Below are positions 19,978 through 29,975 of a stretch of DNA of 64,000 nucleotides, piece after piece. Position 1 is the first letter of the stretch. Every line of letters begins with the position of its first letter. The notes under the pieces are model-generated. The model worked only from the letters and a program-made list of their open reading frames with translations, did not search any database and was not told the origin of the DNA. Made by a program: the position numbers and the translations under genes. The stretch comes from a virus (taxonomy: Duplodnaviria > Caudoviricetes): IMG/VR virus record IMGVR_UViG_3300042402_002715, positions 518-64,517 of that record; one strand, given 5' to 3'.

Positions 19978-22002
19978 ATGGCAGATACAGTAAGATTATC
20001 GGGTGAAAGATGTTGTGATAATAGGTTTTTCGATAGAATAGACATTGTTGAACCATTAAGCGCAATTACCACTGGTAGTACATTACAACTTCAAAATCAA
20101 GAGGGTATATTTTGTATGAATGTATTAACTGTAGAAGTGGGTCCTTATGGTGTAAATCATACTCTACTTGATGTTTTTACAACTTGTGAAGAATGTTTAA
20201 GTGGAACATCTAATGCGGTACAAATAGAAACTTGTAATGGTCAAAACAATTATTTTGTAGATATTAATTCTTTTACAACACTACCAACAATAGGTGATAT
20301 TTACTATATTAATATAACAAGAAATAATAAACTAGTTGAGGATTGTTTTACTATTGTATGTTATAAAAATACTGAAGAACCATTGTTTAATGTCATCTCA
20401 ATTTCTGACCCATATACAGGATGTACAGAATGTTATGTTAACAACTTTCAAGTATGGGAAGTGATTGATTGTTTTGGTGTAAATACATATTATGTTAGTT
20501 TACCCCCAAACAATGACTATACTAATTATATAATAACATTTGAATTAGTTTTTGGTGAACAAATTTGTGGTACTGTAACACAAGTTAATATATTTGCCGA
20601 ACCAGATGTTACTTTAATCTCAATTTTAGGTTTGTCCACTGAAGTAGAAGGTGGTACCGTTTCTTGTGAAGATTGTTTATCGATAAGTAGTGAAAAAAGA
20701 ATAATTGTTAATTGTTTAAATAGTGACAACACACAAGTAGTATGGGGCTCAGTATTTTATGAGGGTAGTGAAGTAACAAATTTGTCAACAGAGGATGGTT
20801 GTTTTGAGGTTGGTGATTTAACGGAATCGGCAGTCACAATAAACACATTTCTAAATTATGATCCACAACCTAATTGTCAAGAATGTATACAATGTGAAGG
20901 ATTGTATTACACCTACTCAAGTTGTACAAATAGTGGTCCAGTATTCTCTATAGATGAATTTACACCATTACCAACATCTTTAGGTGATGGTTTTTATGGT
21001 CCGTTTACAGGAATAACAGATGGTAATGGTGTTGGTTTTGGTTTATATATCACTGTTTCTGAAGGTCAGATTGTTGGTTCAACATTTGATGTTGGTGTTG
21101 GTTACCAAGTTGGTGATACAATTACAATATCATCTGAATTAGTAGGAACAGAATCAGATTTAGTAATCACAGTATCCGAAGTTACAACTACAGGAGTAGT
21201 TTTTTCTTATCAGTATGTTGAAGATTCTATTGGAAAAAGTTTTTATATTCCTTATTTAGATGATTGTGTAGAGATAACCAACATTTCAAACATAGGATCT
21301 CCAAATTTTTTCATTTTAAGTTTTGAAGTTTTTGATAATTGTACAAGTTGTCTTCTTAATAATGATTTTTACGTATGGTTAGCTGAAGAATGTAATACAT
21401 TAAATCAAAATGTGGTTGTTTTAAATAGTAATTCATTTAATATTGGAGATTATGTAAAAGTTTTAAGAGGATCAACTGAATTTCAATGTCATAGATTAAT
21501 TAATCCTTACGTTTACGATACTTCAAATTACACTACGTATTTATCAAATTCTGTAACACCATTTAGTGATTGTGAAACATGTAATAGTGGAACTTTAATT
21601 GGGGCCTCAATTGCAAAGTGTGGTGGTGGAGGACAACAGTTTGTTAATATTCCAATAAACACATGGAATCAAATGGAGTATTTAGATTCACAATCTATAT
21701 TTGTTTTAGAACAATATGGTCAATGTTATGGATTATTAAATGCTTGCCCATTAGAACCTAATTATACGACAATATACCCAATTGAAACTTATTACAATTG
21801 CATCACATGTTTAGACGATAACACAAGATTCCCAAGAAGTGCAAATACTGAAACATTTTTATGTCAAGAAATATGTACATCTGGTGGCACAACTACAATA
21901 TCGGTAACACCACCTCATCCAGTATGGACTGACGGTTATGGAACTGAAGTAACTCAATTAAATATGATTACATTAGGTGGAATAAATGGTTTAAATAATT
22001 AA
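19978..22002 (+). CDS. Large Cys-rich repeat protein, probable virion fibre/decoration
   Basis: Seven CxxC-ending repeats (CEECL, CTECY, CEDCL, CQECI, CTSCL, CETCN, CITCL); same C-terminal module as the upstream gene. Confidence 0.55.
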   Translation: MADTVRLSGERCCDNRFFDRIDIVEPLSAITTGSTLQLQNQEGIFCMNVLTVEVGPYGVNHTLLDVFTTCEECLSGTSNAVQIETCNGQNNYFVDINSFTTLPTIGDIYYINITRNNKLVEDCFTIVCYKNTEEPLFNVISISDPYTGCTECYVNNFQVWEVIDCFGVNTYYVSLPPNNDYTNYIITFELVFGEQICGTVTQVNIFAEPDVTLISILGLSTEVEGGTVSCEDCLSISSEKRIIVNCLNSDNTQVVWGSVFYEGSEVTNLSTEDGCFEVGDLTESAVTINTFLNYDPQPNCQECIQCEGLYYTYSSCTNSGPVFSIDEFTPLPTSLGDGFYGPFTGITDGNGVGFGLYITVSEGQIVGSTFDVGVGYQVGDTITISSELVGTESDLVITVSEVTTTGVVFSYQYVEDSIGKSFYIPYLDDCVEITNISNIGSPNFFILSFEVFDNCTSCLLNNDFYVWLAEECNTLNQNVVVLNSNSFNIGDYVKVLRGSTEFQCHRLINPYVYDTSNYTTYLSNSVTPFSDCETCNSGTLIGASIAKCGGGGQQFVNIPINTWNQMEYLDSQSIFVLEQYGQCYGLLNACPLEPNYTTIYPIETYYNCITCLDDNTRFPRSANTETFLCQEICTSGGTTTISVTPPHPVWTDGYGTEVTQLNMITLGGINGLNN

Positions 22003-22006
22003 AATT

Positions 22007-22456
22007 ATGAATATAGAAAGAATAATAAGAAAAGTTTTAAAAGAAGAAGACGAACACAGATCTGGAAGATACATGTTTTTTTCTAATCTAGAACAAATGA
22101 AAAGACAATGTGATTTATTGTTAGATTTAGATGAAGAAATGGTTGAGTCTATTTTAGAAGATGGTCACGATTGGGCTCAAGACCACATAGCTGAAGCAAA
22201 AAACAATATAGATCAAGTATTTGATTTTATTATGAACGAATCAGAAGGTGGCGAAGAAAGTGATTACGACGATGATATGGTAATGGAAGGAAGAAAAAAA
22301 ACCGGAACAAAATTATGTGCTAGAGGAAAAGCTGCTGCCAAATCTAAATTTGATGTTTACCCCAGTGCATATTCAAATGGTTACGGAATTCAGGTTTGCC
22401 AAGGAAAAAAACCTGGTCTTGACGGTAAAAAAAGATGTTCTGGAGTTTATTGTTAA
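22007..22456 (+). CDS. Hypothetical protein, probable internal head protein
   Basis: N-terminal IERIIRKVLKEE motif; C-terminal KFDVYPSAYSNG basic domain. Confidence 0.55.
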   Translation: MNIERIIRKVLKEEDEHRSGRYMFFSNLEQMKRQCDLLLDLDEEMVESILEDGHDWAQDHIAEAKNNIDQVFDFIMNESEGGEESDYDDDMVMEGRKKTGTKLCARGKAAAKSKFDVYPSAYSNGYGIQVCQGKKPGLDGKKRCSGVYC

Positions 22457-22472
22457 AAATATCTTAAAATAG

Positions 22473-22505
22473 TTTGGTAATATGATTATTTTTTTTATAT
22501 CTTTG
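22473..22505 (+). promoter_or_regulatory. Bacteroidota primary-sigma promoter (-33 TTTG, -7 TATCTTTG)
   Basis: TTTG at 22473-76, 21-nt spacer, TATCTTTG at 22498-505, 16 nt before the ATG at 22521. Confidence 0.6.
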
Positions 22506-22520
22506 TAGAAATAATAAACA

Positions 22521-22943
22521 ATGATAAAGAGAATAGTTAGATTTTTTAGAAGATTAAAGTTAAGATTTTACTTATTGGGTAAAAAAGGCAAGATGTTTAA
22601 AACATACGAAGAAGAAGTGTCGTCATACGAAAAGACTTGTTTTCAAATTTGTCTTAAGACTATAAAACATCCCTCAACAAAATTTATGATTGCCCCAATG
22701 TCAAATAAAAGATACATTGAAAATAAAGAAATGGATATTTTTATTACAATGGATTATAGTAGGATTGATTTAACAAATCATGTCTATCACTATAGTGTAA
22801 AACTAAATAATAGAGATTGGGAAAGAATTACATATATCTTTGATGTTGAGACAGAAAAGAGAAGATTGAACTATGAAGATATCATTAATTCTCAGATAAA
22901 AAATTCTTTACATAATGTATTAGAAAGAATTTCTAATCTCTGA
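22521..22943 (+). CDS. Hypothetical protein
   Basis: 140-aa ORF with its own promoter. Confidence 0.7.
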   Translation: MIKRIVRFFRRLKLRFYLLGKKGKMFKTYEEEVSSYEKTCFQICLKTIKHPSTKFMIAPMSNKRYIENKEMDIFITMDYSRIDLTNHVYHYSVKLNNRDWERITYIFDVETEKRRLNYEDIINSQIKNSLHNVLERISNL

Positions 22944-23903
22944 TAAAATATTAAAAACAATGGAGTCTACGGACTCCTTTTTTGTTTTGTAAGAAGTCAT
23001 TACAGGTTTTTGTCCTTTACCAGATTGTGGATCATTTTTTTCTGCCTTTCTTTTTTGTTGACAGGCGTTTCTTTTTTGTGATACCGACATTTTACCCGCA
23101 ACACCAGCGGCTCTACATTTAGGGTAAGATCCGGAACTAGCATCAGATCTACCACAAGGTGGATGTTTACCATCAACTTTTCTACATATATCAACCCATG
23201 GTCCTTTTGGTTGTGATGAACCTTTTGGTTTTTTCTTTTTCCCAAACCATACAGCAAGGTCCTCTTTTATTGTATGTACGGGATATGTTTCATCTTTTAA
23301 TTTTTTAAAAAATTCAGGTCCTTTATAATATGTATTACTTTTTTTATTATTTTTTAAATTACTTTTTTTGGAATGATGATTTACACTAAAATCAAATTCG
23401 TACTCAAAAGGTGCTAAAGTTGTGTTTGGCCATTTTTTTAACCCTATTGAAAACGGTCCATTAAATTCCCCAGCAGTTACTGAAGTGTCAGCTTCTTTTA
23501 TTATTTTTTTATTAAAAAGATCACTAACTACTGTATTTTTTTTAATTTCTACCCATTCTTTAATTGGAACAAATTTTAATTTTTTCCCTGGAGTTTGATT
23601 TATAGCATTACCATCTTCATCACTTCTTGTTAAGTTAGGATGATTTTTTAAAAAGATAGAATTTTTTTTTGCTTTTGTTTCAATTTTTTTTATTTGTTTT
23701 TTTGTTTCATCCATTTTACCATCATAACTGTCATAAGACAATAATGGACTATCGTATTTTGATACAGGAATTGTAAAAGGTGCCATTTGATTTTTTTCAA
23801 ACAAACGAATTCCAGGTTGTAAAGGGGCGATATAAGAACCTCTACCACCACCATCAGAAGTAGCTTCTCTTAATATTTTCTTTATTAATTTATCGTCTAT
23901 CAT
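22920..23903 (-). CDS. Hypothetical protein, probable internal head protein with basic Cys-containing C-terminal domain
   Basis: LIKKILREA N-terminus, repeated IKE sites, WFG..WVDI..PCGR..YPKCR; late motif at 23911-18. Confidence 0.55.
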   Translation of the reverse strand: MIDDKLIKKILREATSDGGGRGSYIAPLQPGIRLFEKNQMAPFTIPVSKYDSPLLSYDSYDGKMDETKKQIKKIETKAKKNSIFLKNHPNLTRSDEDGNAINQTPGKKLKFVPIKEWVEIKKNTVVSDLFNKKIIKEADTSVTAGEFNGPFSIGLKKWPNTTLAPFEYEFDFSVNHHSKKSNLKNNKKSNTYYKGPEFFKKLKDETYPVHTIKEDLAVWFGKKKKPKGSSQPKGPWVDICRKVDGKHPPCGRSDASSGSYPKCRAAGVAGKMSVSQKRNACQQKRKAEKNDPQSGKGQKPVMTSYKTKKESVDSIVFNILSEIRNSF

Positions 23904-23926
23904 TGTTAATATAAATATTTGTAAAA

Positions 23927-24142
23927 ATGGAAACTGAAGAAAATAAAGAATTATTTGGTAATTTATTTGGAACTATTGATCTTTTAAGTGAAGATCATCT
24001 TGAAGTAATACTTACAACTATGGATAAAGAACATTCTTTATATTATTTAATTGAGTCAGTTAAGGCTGCACACAAACGAGGTGCTTTTACAATAGGTGAA
24101 GTTGAGATAATCTCAAAGGCTATTAGAACAATATCAAAATAA
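23927..24142 (+). CDS. Hypothetical protein
   Basis: 71-aa ORF. Confidence 0.6.
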   Translation: METEENKELFGNLFGTIDLLSEDHLEVILTTMDKEHSLYYLIESVKAAHKRGAFTIGEVEIISKAIRTISK

Positions 24143-24149
24143 CCTTACT

Positions 24150-25208
24150 TTATTTTATTTTTTTTATCATTGTCCCGTCATCATATATCTCAATGATTAT
24201 ACCGGTGGTATATATAGGATCAACCTTTTGTCCTAATAGATTTATATAACCTATAATTTTTTTATCTGTAATATCTCTTGTAATTACAATTGGACCAAAT
24301 GTTTCATATTTTCCATCAATATCATATTGTTGTAATCTATAATATGTTAAAGGGTTTAAATTATAGTCAATATACGAATATTTAATATCTTCCGTAGAAT
24401 TTTCTGCAGCAATTTTAGTTGTAATTTTTTTCCAATTTTCACCATCTACACTAGACTCTAAATCAAAATGACTTGAGTTCTGTTCAGACTCGGTAGTCCA
24501 ATTAATTAAATTAAACTTTGAGTAGGTAACACCATCAAAATAACTTAATTCAACAGGTAATGGACCACCTGTTCTAGTTAATTCAAAATTATCCATCCAC
24601 CATTCTTCACCAGCTGAATTTGCTCTAGCAAATATATCAATAGCAATTTGTGTTGTACCCGCAGGTATATTAAGTTGTATTACAGAATACCCATCGCCTG
24701 TGGATGTTCTATCACCTCCTGCAGATGGTCCTATGGTCGTTAAAGTACCATTGGCAGTTTTAGTATATGCTGTTGAATTATAGTTCCAAAATGCGTTTGA
24801 AGCACCAGTAATACGAAGTTCATTGACATATGAAGTACCACCGTTTGTTGATAATTGCACTGTGATATAATCACCAATATCAACTCCCCGTGTTCCTGAT
24901 GTTGATGTAAAACGGTAAGACCCTAATCTAAATTTGAATTGATAATCATATGCGGCGTCTACAACTAAGTTAGGAAATGAATACCAATCTGATTCATATG
25001 CCGATGTACCATTACCTGTACCATAGATTACAGCACTAGAGGTTGATGAAACAAAGGCATTTGTATAATAACCGGTTGTAGCAGCTGGAATCCACCAAAC
25101 ACCTGACCAATCAACATCAAATGTTTCTACATAATCAAATTTATAAAGTGTTTGTGATATTAAATTTGTTGTAACCAACATCAATAGGGTTAAAAAAATG
25201 TTTTTCAT
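24150..25208 (-). CDS. Secreted protein with Bacteroidota LPVEL/T9SS-type C-terminal region
   Basis: Signal peptide MKNIFLTLLMLV; GGPLPVELSYF..NWTTESEQNSSHFDLESSVDG..YYRLQQYDIDG; YINLLGQKV..IYDDG..KKIK. Confidence 0.7.
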   Translation of the reverse strand: MKNIFLTLLMLVTTNLISQTLYKFDYVETFDVDWSGVWWIPAATTGYYTNAFVSSTSSAVIYGTGNGTSAYESDWYSFPNLVVDAAYDYQFKFRLGSYRFTSTSGTRGVDIGDYITVQLSTNGGTSYVNELRITGASNAFWNYNSTAYTKTANGTLTTIGPSAGGDRTSTGDGYSVIQLNIPAGTTQIAIDIFARANSAGEEWWMDNFELTRTGGPLPVELSYFDGVTYSKFNLINWTTESEQNSSHFDLESSVDGENWKKITTKIAAENSTEDIKYSYIDYNLNPLTYYRLQQYDIDGKYETFGPIVITRDITDKKIIGYINLLGQKVDPIYTTGIIIEIYDDGTMIKKIK

Positions 25209-25306
25209 AATTAAGTATTTTTTCTTAATAAATACTTTGAAAAAGTTTAATTATAAAGTTAAAATTTACTTAAATGAACATTTAGTGTTATTAAATTATT
25301 ATTCAT

Positions 25307-25337
25307 AAAAAAAGGAGATAATTTCTTATCTCCTTTT
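25307..25337 (-). terminator. Rho-independent terminator after the major capsid gene
   Basis: AAAAGGAGATAA-GAAA-TTATCTCCTTTT followed by a T run on the minus strand. Confidence 0.75.
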
Positions 25338-25358
25338 CTCTTATTCAGTTTTAATTGA

Positions 25359-27230
25359 TTATCTCAATTCTCTTAAGTCAAACGTTCTAACTCCATCAAC
25401 TGTGATACGTCCGTAGAAACGGTTGTTAACCATTTTCTTAGCATATCTCGTCATTATACCTTTGATAGGTGTAAAGTTGAATGGGTTATACATTGTAGGT
25501 GTTAATTGAAGAGGTACATACGGTGCGTAAATGTAACCAGTGTCAAGTAAAGATGTTCCTTTGTGACCAATCAAGATTTGATTTGGTGGGAAGTAAGGAT
25601 CTCTATACACTTGGTAACGACCAGAAAGTGTACCAACTCTTTCAATACCCATGTTGTATTGATCTTGCTCAGGAGACGCGTTAGATACGTGGAAGTATTC
25701 TAAATCATCAAAGATTGCAGAAACCTCAGAAGATACGATGATCCAGTTAGCACCACCTCTAAGTGTAGACTTGTGGATTTGTGCTGACAATTGGTTAATC
25801 GCTGTGATCAAAGTTTGGTTCCAGTCTTTTTGAGTATAAGAAGTTGTTAAACTCAATCTTCTCCATCCGTTGTAATCCCATCTTAAATTCCAAGCAGCAC
25901 CTTTTCTCAAGTCTCTCAAGATTTCTCTATCAATTTCAGCAGCAACTTGTTCTGATAATAAAGCTGTTAATTCAGCTTCAGCATCAATATTATGGAATGC
26001 AGCAACGTCTTGTGCAAGTTCTGGAGACCATTGTGCTCTTAATTTTCTTTCAGTTACAGAAACTGTTACTGATTGAAGATCAAAAGATACTTCACCAATT
26101 TCTTCAGCAAACTCAAGATTTTCGTAAGTTCTATACATAGCTATTAATTCAGTTCCCTCTAAAGCACCTAATGTAGATCCTGTATAGCCATCTAAAGACT
26201 CAGCGCCACAATCAAAACATGCTGGACAAGAAAGGTCAACTTCTAAATAGATACATCCTGTATTATCACAGATGTCGTAGTAAGTACCACCATTTCCGTA
26301 GTTAGGACTGTTAAAGAAGTTTGTTTGTGTAGGTTGTCCTTGATTGTAATCAACGATACCTTTACCATATTGTTGAGTTACAACTCTAAACAATAATGGT
26401 TTACCAACTCCGTTAGCGGCATCCCAAACAACATTACAAGTATCAGCAGATGTAGTAATAGGAGATGTTGCAAAAATTCTTAAATCAGAAAGAAAAGTTT
26501 CACTATCAACTTCGTTACCATCAGGTCCGATTAATTTACCAGCACCAACATTTAAAGTTCTAAAGTCACACATCTTAACGATAATTTTTCTTCTGTTACC
26601 ATTTTCGTAAGCGGCAGCAGCACCAGCGGTATCTAATGAACCGTTATCCCAAATTACCATGTTAGTTTGTGCCGTTACAGCAGACCATTTTCCTTTTGAG
26701 TAATCAAATAATCCTGGAGGATCTAAACCAGCTTCTGAACCTTCATAAAATAAATCATAAAGATTTTTAGCGTATGCGTTACCATTTGGTGGATAACCAG
26801 CACCAATTTGTTGTTGGATGTCTGTGCCTGAATTTCCTGGAGATCCTACTGGAGGATAGTGAGTAGCAACATCAGTTGGATTAGTTTCTTGGTATCCTTG
26901 GATACGAGGCACAAAGTAGAACAATTTACCGATAGGTAAGTTCATTGCTTGTACAGAAACGATATCGTTAGCTAACAATTTAGAGAAAACTCTTCTTACG
27001 ATAGGGAAAACAACAGTTTCAAATGCTCCGTTAGAACCTTCTGAAGTTGCTTCGTTAATCAAGTGAGAAGCTTGGTTTTCGTATAATTGTGCTACGTTCT
27101 CTTTTAGGTGGCCTTTAAGACCTTCAAGGAACCCTAATCTGTCCCATTTGTTAATTGTATCTTCTTTGATAACTTTAAGGTGTTTTAACCCAATGTTACC
27201 TACAAGACCTGATTCTAATAATGCTCCCAT
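25359..27230 (-). CDS. Major capsid protein (T4 gp23-like)
   Basis: VFPIVRRV, VSVQAM, RKLRAQWSPELAQD, AEIDREI, YAPYVPL, GIMTRYA. Confidence 0.95.
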   Translation of the reverse strand: MGALLESGLVGNIGLKHLKVIKEDTINKWDRLGFLEGLKGHLKENVAQLYENQASHLINEATSEGSNGAFETVVFPIVRRVFSKLLANDIVSVQAMNLPIGKLFYFVPRIQGYQETNPTDVATHYPPVGSPGNSGTDIQQQIGAGYPPNGNAYAKNLYDLFYEGSEAGLDPPGLFDYSKGKWSAVTAQTNMVIWDNGSLDTAGAAAAYENGNRRKIIVKMCDFRTLNVGAGKLIGPDGNEVDSETFLSDLRIFATSPITTSADTCNVVWDAANGVGKPLLFRVVTQQYGKGIVDYNQGQPTQTNFFNSPNYGNGGTYYDICDNTGCIYLEVDLSCPACFDCGAESLDGYTGSTLGALEGTELIAMYRTYENLEFAEEIGEVSFDLQSVTVSVTERKLRAQWSPELAQDVAAFHNIDAEAELTALLSEQVAAEIDREILRDLRKGAAWNLRWDYNGWRRLSLTTSYTQKDWNQTLITAINQLSAQIHKSTLRGGANWIIVSSEVSAIFDDLEYFHVSNASPEQDQYNMGIERVGTLSGRYQVYRDPYFPPNQILIGHKGTSLLDTGYIYAPYVPLQLTPTMYNPFNFTPIKGIMTRYAKKMVNNRFYGRITVDGVRTFDLRELR

Positions 27231-27314
27231 TTTTAATTTTTTTTAGCTTTATTTTTATTTATGTATTGTATAAATATACTTTACTTTTGAAAAAGTTAAT
27301 TTTTCGTTTATTTT

Positions 27315-28913
27315 TTATAGTTTTCCCATCAAATCTTTCATTCTTAAGAACTGTGGATTTTCATATGTTTTAGATTCAATTAAACTAACTGCCGATCCAG
27401 ACGACGCTGTTTTATTTACAGTTCTTTCAATTGACTCATTCAATGAACCACCTTCATTAAGAGAATTATTTGATAATTCAGACTTAACAACTCTATAAAG
27501 ATTTTTTGATTCTTTTAATGTTTCAACATCATCAAATCTTCTCAAGATGTTAATCTTTTCTTGTTTTGTTGTTGAATGCTCAGTAAACAATCTTGTTGCA
27601 TAAGCTAAGTTTGAATTAAATACTGCAACTTCATTTAATTTAGTTCTAAACAAATCAAGTGCTTTTCTGTATTCATCATTTTTAGTTCTTAACTCAATTA
27701 CTTCTTCTTTAAGATGTCTTGGTGCTGCTTTTGGTTTAGGTAAACCTCTACCAAATGATCTTCCAGAACCGTAAGTTCTTGAAGCTTCTTTAGTTTCGAC
27801 TTTTTTACCTTTTTTGATTGGTCTAAATTCACCATCAAGGTTTTCACCATCTTTATACGTAAATTTAGCTTTACCCATTCCAACACCTTTTGTTCCTTCT
27901 TTTTGTTTAGGCATTTTATAATCAGTAACTTGACCGTATTTGAATTTAGGTCCTTTACCGGTTAACCCTTTAGAACTTTTTTTGGTTTTTTTAGATTCAT
28001 AAATGTTTAAATCATCTTCTTCTTCTTCACCTTCAAAGTCCATCATGTCCATATCATCCATTTCCATCATGTCCATATCATCCATTTCCATCATGTCCAT
28101 ATCATCCATTTCCATCATGTCCATATCATTCATTTCTATTTCATACATGATACCCTCAACCTCTTCGCTATCCTCCATATCTTCTTCATCTTCAAAAGAA
28201 AAATCTTCATCTTCTTCGTCTTCATATCCAAAGTCCATGTCTTCATCTTCTTCGTCTTCATATCCAAAGTCCATGTCTTCATCTTCTTCGTCTTCATATC
28301 CAAAGTCCATGTCTTCATCTTCTTCGTCTTCATATCCAAAGTCCATGTCTTCATCTTCTTCAAATTCGTTTAGTTCAGTACCGTCTTCATACATTTCCTC
28401 AAGTTCTGAGTCAAATGCTGTTTCATCAAAATTTTCCATAGATTCATTTAATTTAATGATGTATTCATCGTCATCATCTGTTAATGTGATAATATTGTTA
28501 TCTCTTGTAACTACAACGCCATCATTATCACCCATGGCTTTAAATACTCGGATTACTTCAGCATCAGAGGCATCTCTCATGTCTATTGTTTCATCTTCAC
28601 CAGTTTCCATTCCAGCCAAACTTTCATCACCCATCATTTCTGGGTCCTCAAGTGCAGGTTCTGCCGCTACCATATTAGGATCCATTTCCATTCCAGTCTC
28701 GTCAGACATCATAGCCGGGTCTTCTGTAGCAACATCTTCTGGGTTCATTTCTGGTTCTATAACCTCTTCTTGTTCCATAAGAGATTCTTTTACTAGTGAA
28801 TTAATTTCTTTCCTCATTGTTGATGAAAGTATTCCTTGTGCATTTTTTTTAAGAGATTCTTCCAAATTCTTTATTTGGAACAATGCGTCTTCTATCATGT
28901 TTTTTTCTCCCAT
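27315..28913 (-). CDS. Prohead core/scaffold protein (gp22-like), highly acidic
   Basis: Lies between protease and capsid genes; LNEVAVFNSNLAYAT..F; many LxES sites; C-terminal RMKDLMG. Confidence 0.75.
   Translation of the reverse strand: MGEKNMIEDALFQIKNLEESLKKNAQGILSSTMRKEINSLVKESLMEQEEVIEPEMNPEDVATEDPAMMSDETGMEMDPNMVAAEPALEDPEMMGDESLAGMETGEDETIDMRDASDAEVIRVFKAMGDNDGVVVTRDNNIITLTDDDDEYIIKLNESMENFDETAFDSELEEMYEDGTELNEFEEDEDMDFGYEDEEDEDMDFGYEDEEDEDMDFGYEDEEDEDMDFGYEDEEDEDFSFEDEEDMEDSEEVEGIMYEIEMNDMDMMEMDDMDMMEMDDMDMMEMDDMDMMDFEGEEEEDDLNIYESKKTKKSSKGLTGKGPKFKYGQVTDYKMPKQKEGTKGVGMGKAKFTYKDGENLDGEFRPIKKGKKVETKEASRTYGSGRSFGRGLPKPKAAPRHLKEEVIELRTKNDEYRKALDLFRTKLNEVAVFNSNLAYATRLFTEHSTTKQEKINILRRFDDVETLKESKNLYRVVKSELSNNSLNEGGSLNESIERTVNKTASSGSAVSLIESKTYENPQFLRMKDLMGKL
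28040..28360 (-). repeat. In-frame tandem repeats in the scaffold gene (about 4 x 36 nt and about 4 x 24 nt)
   Basis: Encode DMDFGYEDEEDE and DMDMMEMD units. Confidence 0.9.
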
Positions 28914-29017
28914 TGATATTTTTCTTTACAATATAAATATTGGTAGTTGGAGAAAAATTCGGTGTAAAATAAAAAAGGGGACAAAATTGCCCCCTTTTAT
29001 AAAAAAATAATTTTTAA

Positions 29018-29233
29018 TTAGTCTATTACTTCATCAATTTTACTTTCAGTTATTGATGTGATTCTCCAATCCATTGTATAGTTTTCATATACTTTTGTTA
29101 CTTTTGCCTCAACATCAGTAGGTGTATAACCTAATACTAATTTTTCTTCTTTTACTTTTTTTACTCTACCAGATTCACTGTCTAATAGATCCGATGTGAT
29201 TTTTGCTACAAAATATTTTTCTCCTTGTTCCAT
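29018..29233 (-). CDS. Small protein resembling Bacteroidota DUF4494 family
   Basis: YFVAKI..ESGRVKKVKEEKLV..TDVEAKV..ITSITESKIDEV pattern. Confidence 0.5.
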   Translation of the reverse strand: MEQGEKYFVAKITSDLLDSESGRVKKVKEEKLVLGYTPTDVEAKVTKVYENYTMDWRITSITESKIDEVID

Positions 29234-29237
29234 AATT

Positions 29238-29954
29238 TTATTTTTCTAAATAATGAGACAATTTTTTCATTAAGTCAAGAGATTTGTTACCAGTTTCACC
29301 AACATTTCTTTCAATTGACATTTTTTTCTCCTCATCTAGATTTTCTTCATATTTCATTCTATCGTCTTTATTTAAAAATAAATAAGCCCCAGGTGTTGAT
29401 GGTGATGAAACAAGGTCAAAACAAATTAGTTCAAAATCATCTTGTACTTCATTTTGTTCCCCAACCTTTTTAAGTGACCCAACACCACGAGAAGATATAC
29501 CTAAAGTAACACCTTGTCTTAAATAATTTGCGGCAATGTCTCCTTTTGTTGAACAAATCCCTCTTTCATGAAAGCCTGGACTTGTAAGTAATTTTAATTT
29601 ACCCAATAATACTGGACCATCCCACCATACTTCAGTGATTATGTGTGATACACGATCAAGATCAATAAGAGAAGATTCTGGGTGATTTAATTCAGATAGA
29701 GATGTTCCTTTCTCAATCATCTTTTTATAGTTATCAGCTTCTCTTTTTAAGATTTTTTCTGGGTATACTCTACCGTTCCTATTAGGTGTATTATATTTTT
29801 GTAAAACCGCATAAAATTCAAAGGGTTTTGAGTAATCCAAGAAATTTTTTTGTTCCATAATAAAATGGTTACCACTTTCTCTTGGGTTTATATATCCCGC
29901 ATCATATTCAATAAGAATACCCTTACCAGTTTCGTTAGGTGCTAAAATTTTCAT
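29238..29954 (-). CDS. Prohead core protease (T4 gp21-like)
   Basis: NRNGRVYP, ELNHP, VSH, GISSRGVGS, FDLVSSPSTPGA. Confidence 0.92.
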   Translation of the reverse strand: MKILAPNETGKGILIEYDAGYINPRESGNHFIMEQKNFLDYSKPFEFYAVLQKYNTPNRNGRVYPEKILKREADNYKKMIEKGTSLSELNHPESSLIDLDRVSHIITEVWWDGPVLLGKLKLLTSPGFHERGICSTKGDIAANYLRQGVTLGISSRGVGSLKKVGEQNEVQDDFELICFDLVSSPSTPGAYLFLNKDDRMKYEENLDEEKKMSIERNVGETGNKSLDLMKKLSHYLEK

Positions 29955-29975
29955 ATTTAATTTTTATTATAAATA

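Noticed and set aside
19870-22002. ~100-nt repeat at the 3' ends of two Cys-rich genes as a DGR TR/VR pair
   Set aside because: Both copies are coding, differences are mostly synonymous and not adenine-specific, and no reverse transcriptase is present in the window
28040-28360. 36-nt repeats as a CRISPR array
   Set aside because: They are head-to-tail without spacers and in frame within the scaffold gene; no cas genes
28003-29010. 335-aa Ser-rich plus-strand ORF (and similar antisense ORFs at 37068-37775, 50662-51174, 45433-45807)
   Set aside because: Shadow frames of real genes on the opposite strand
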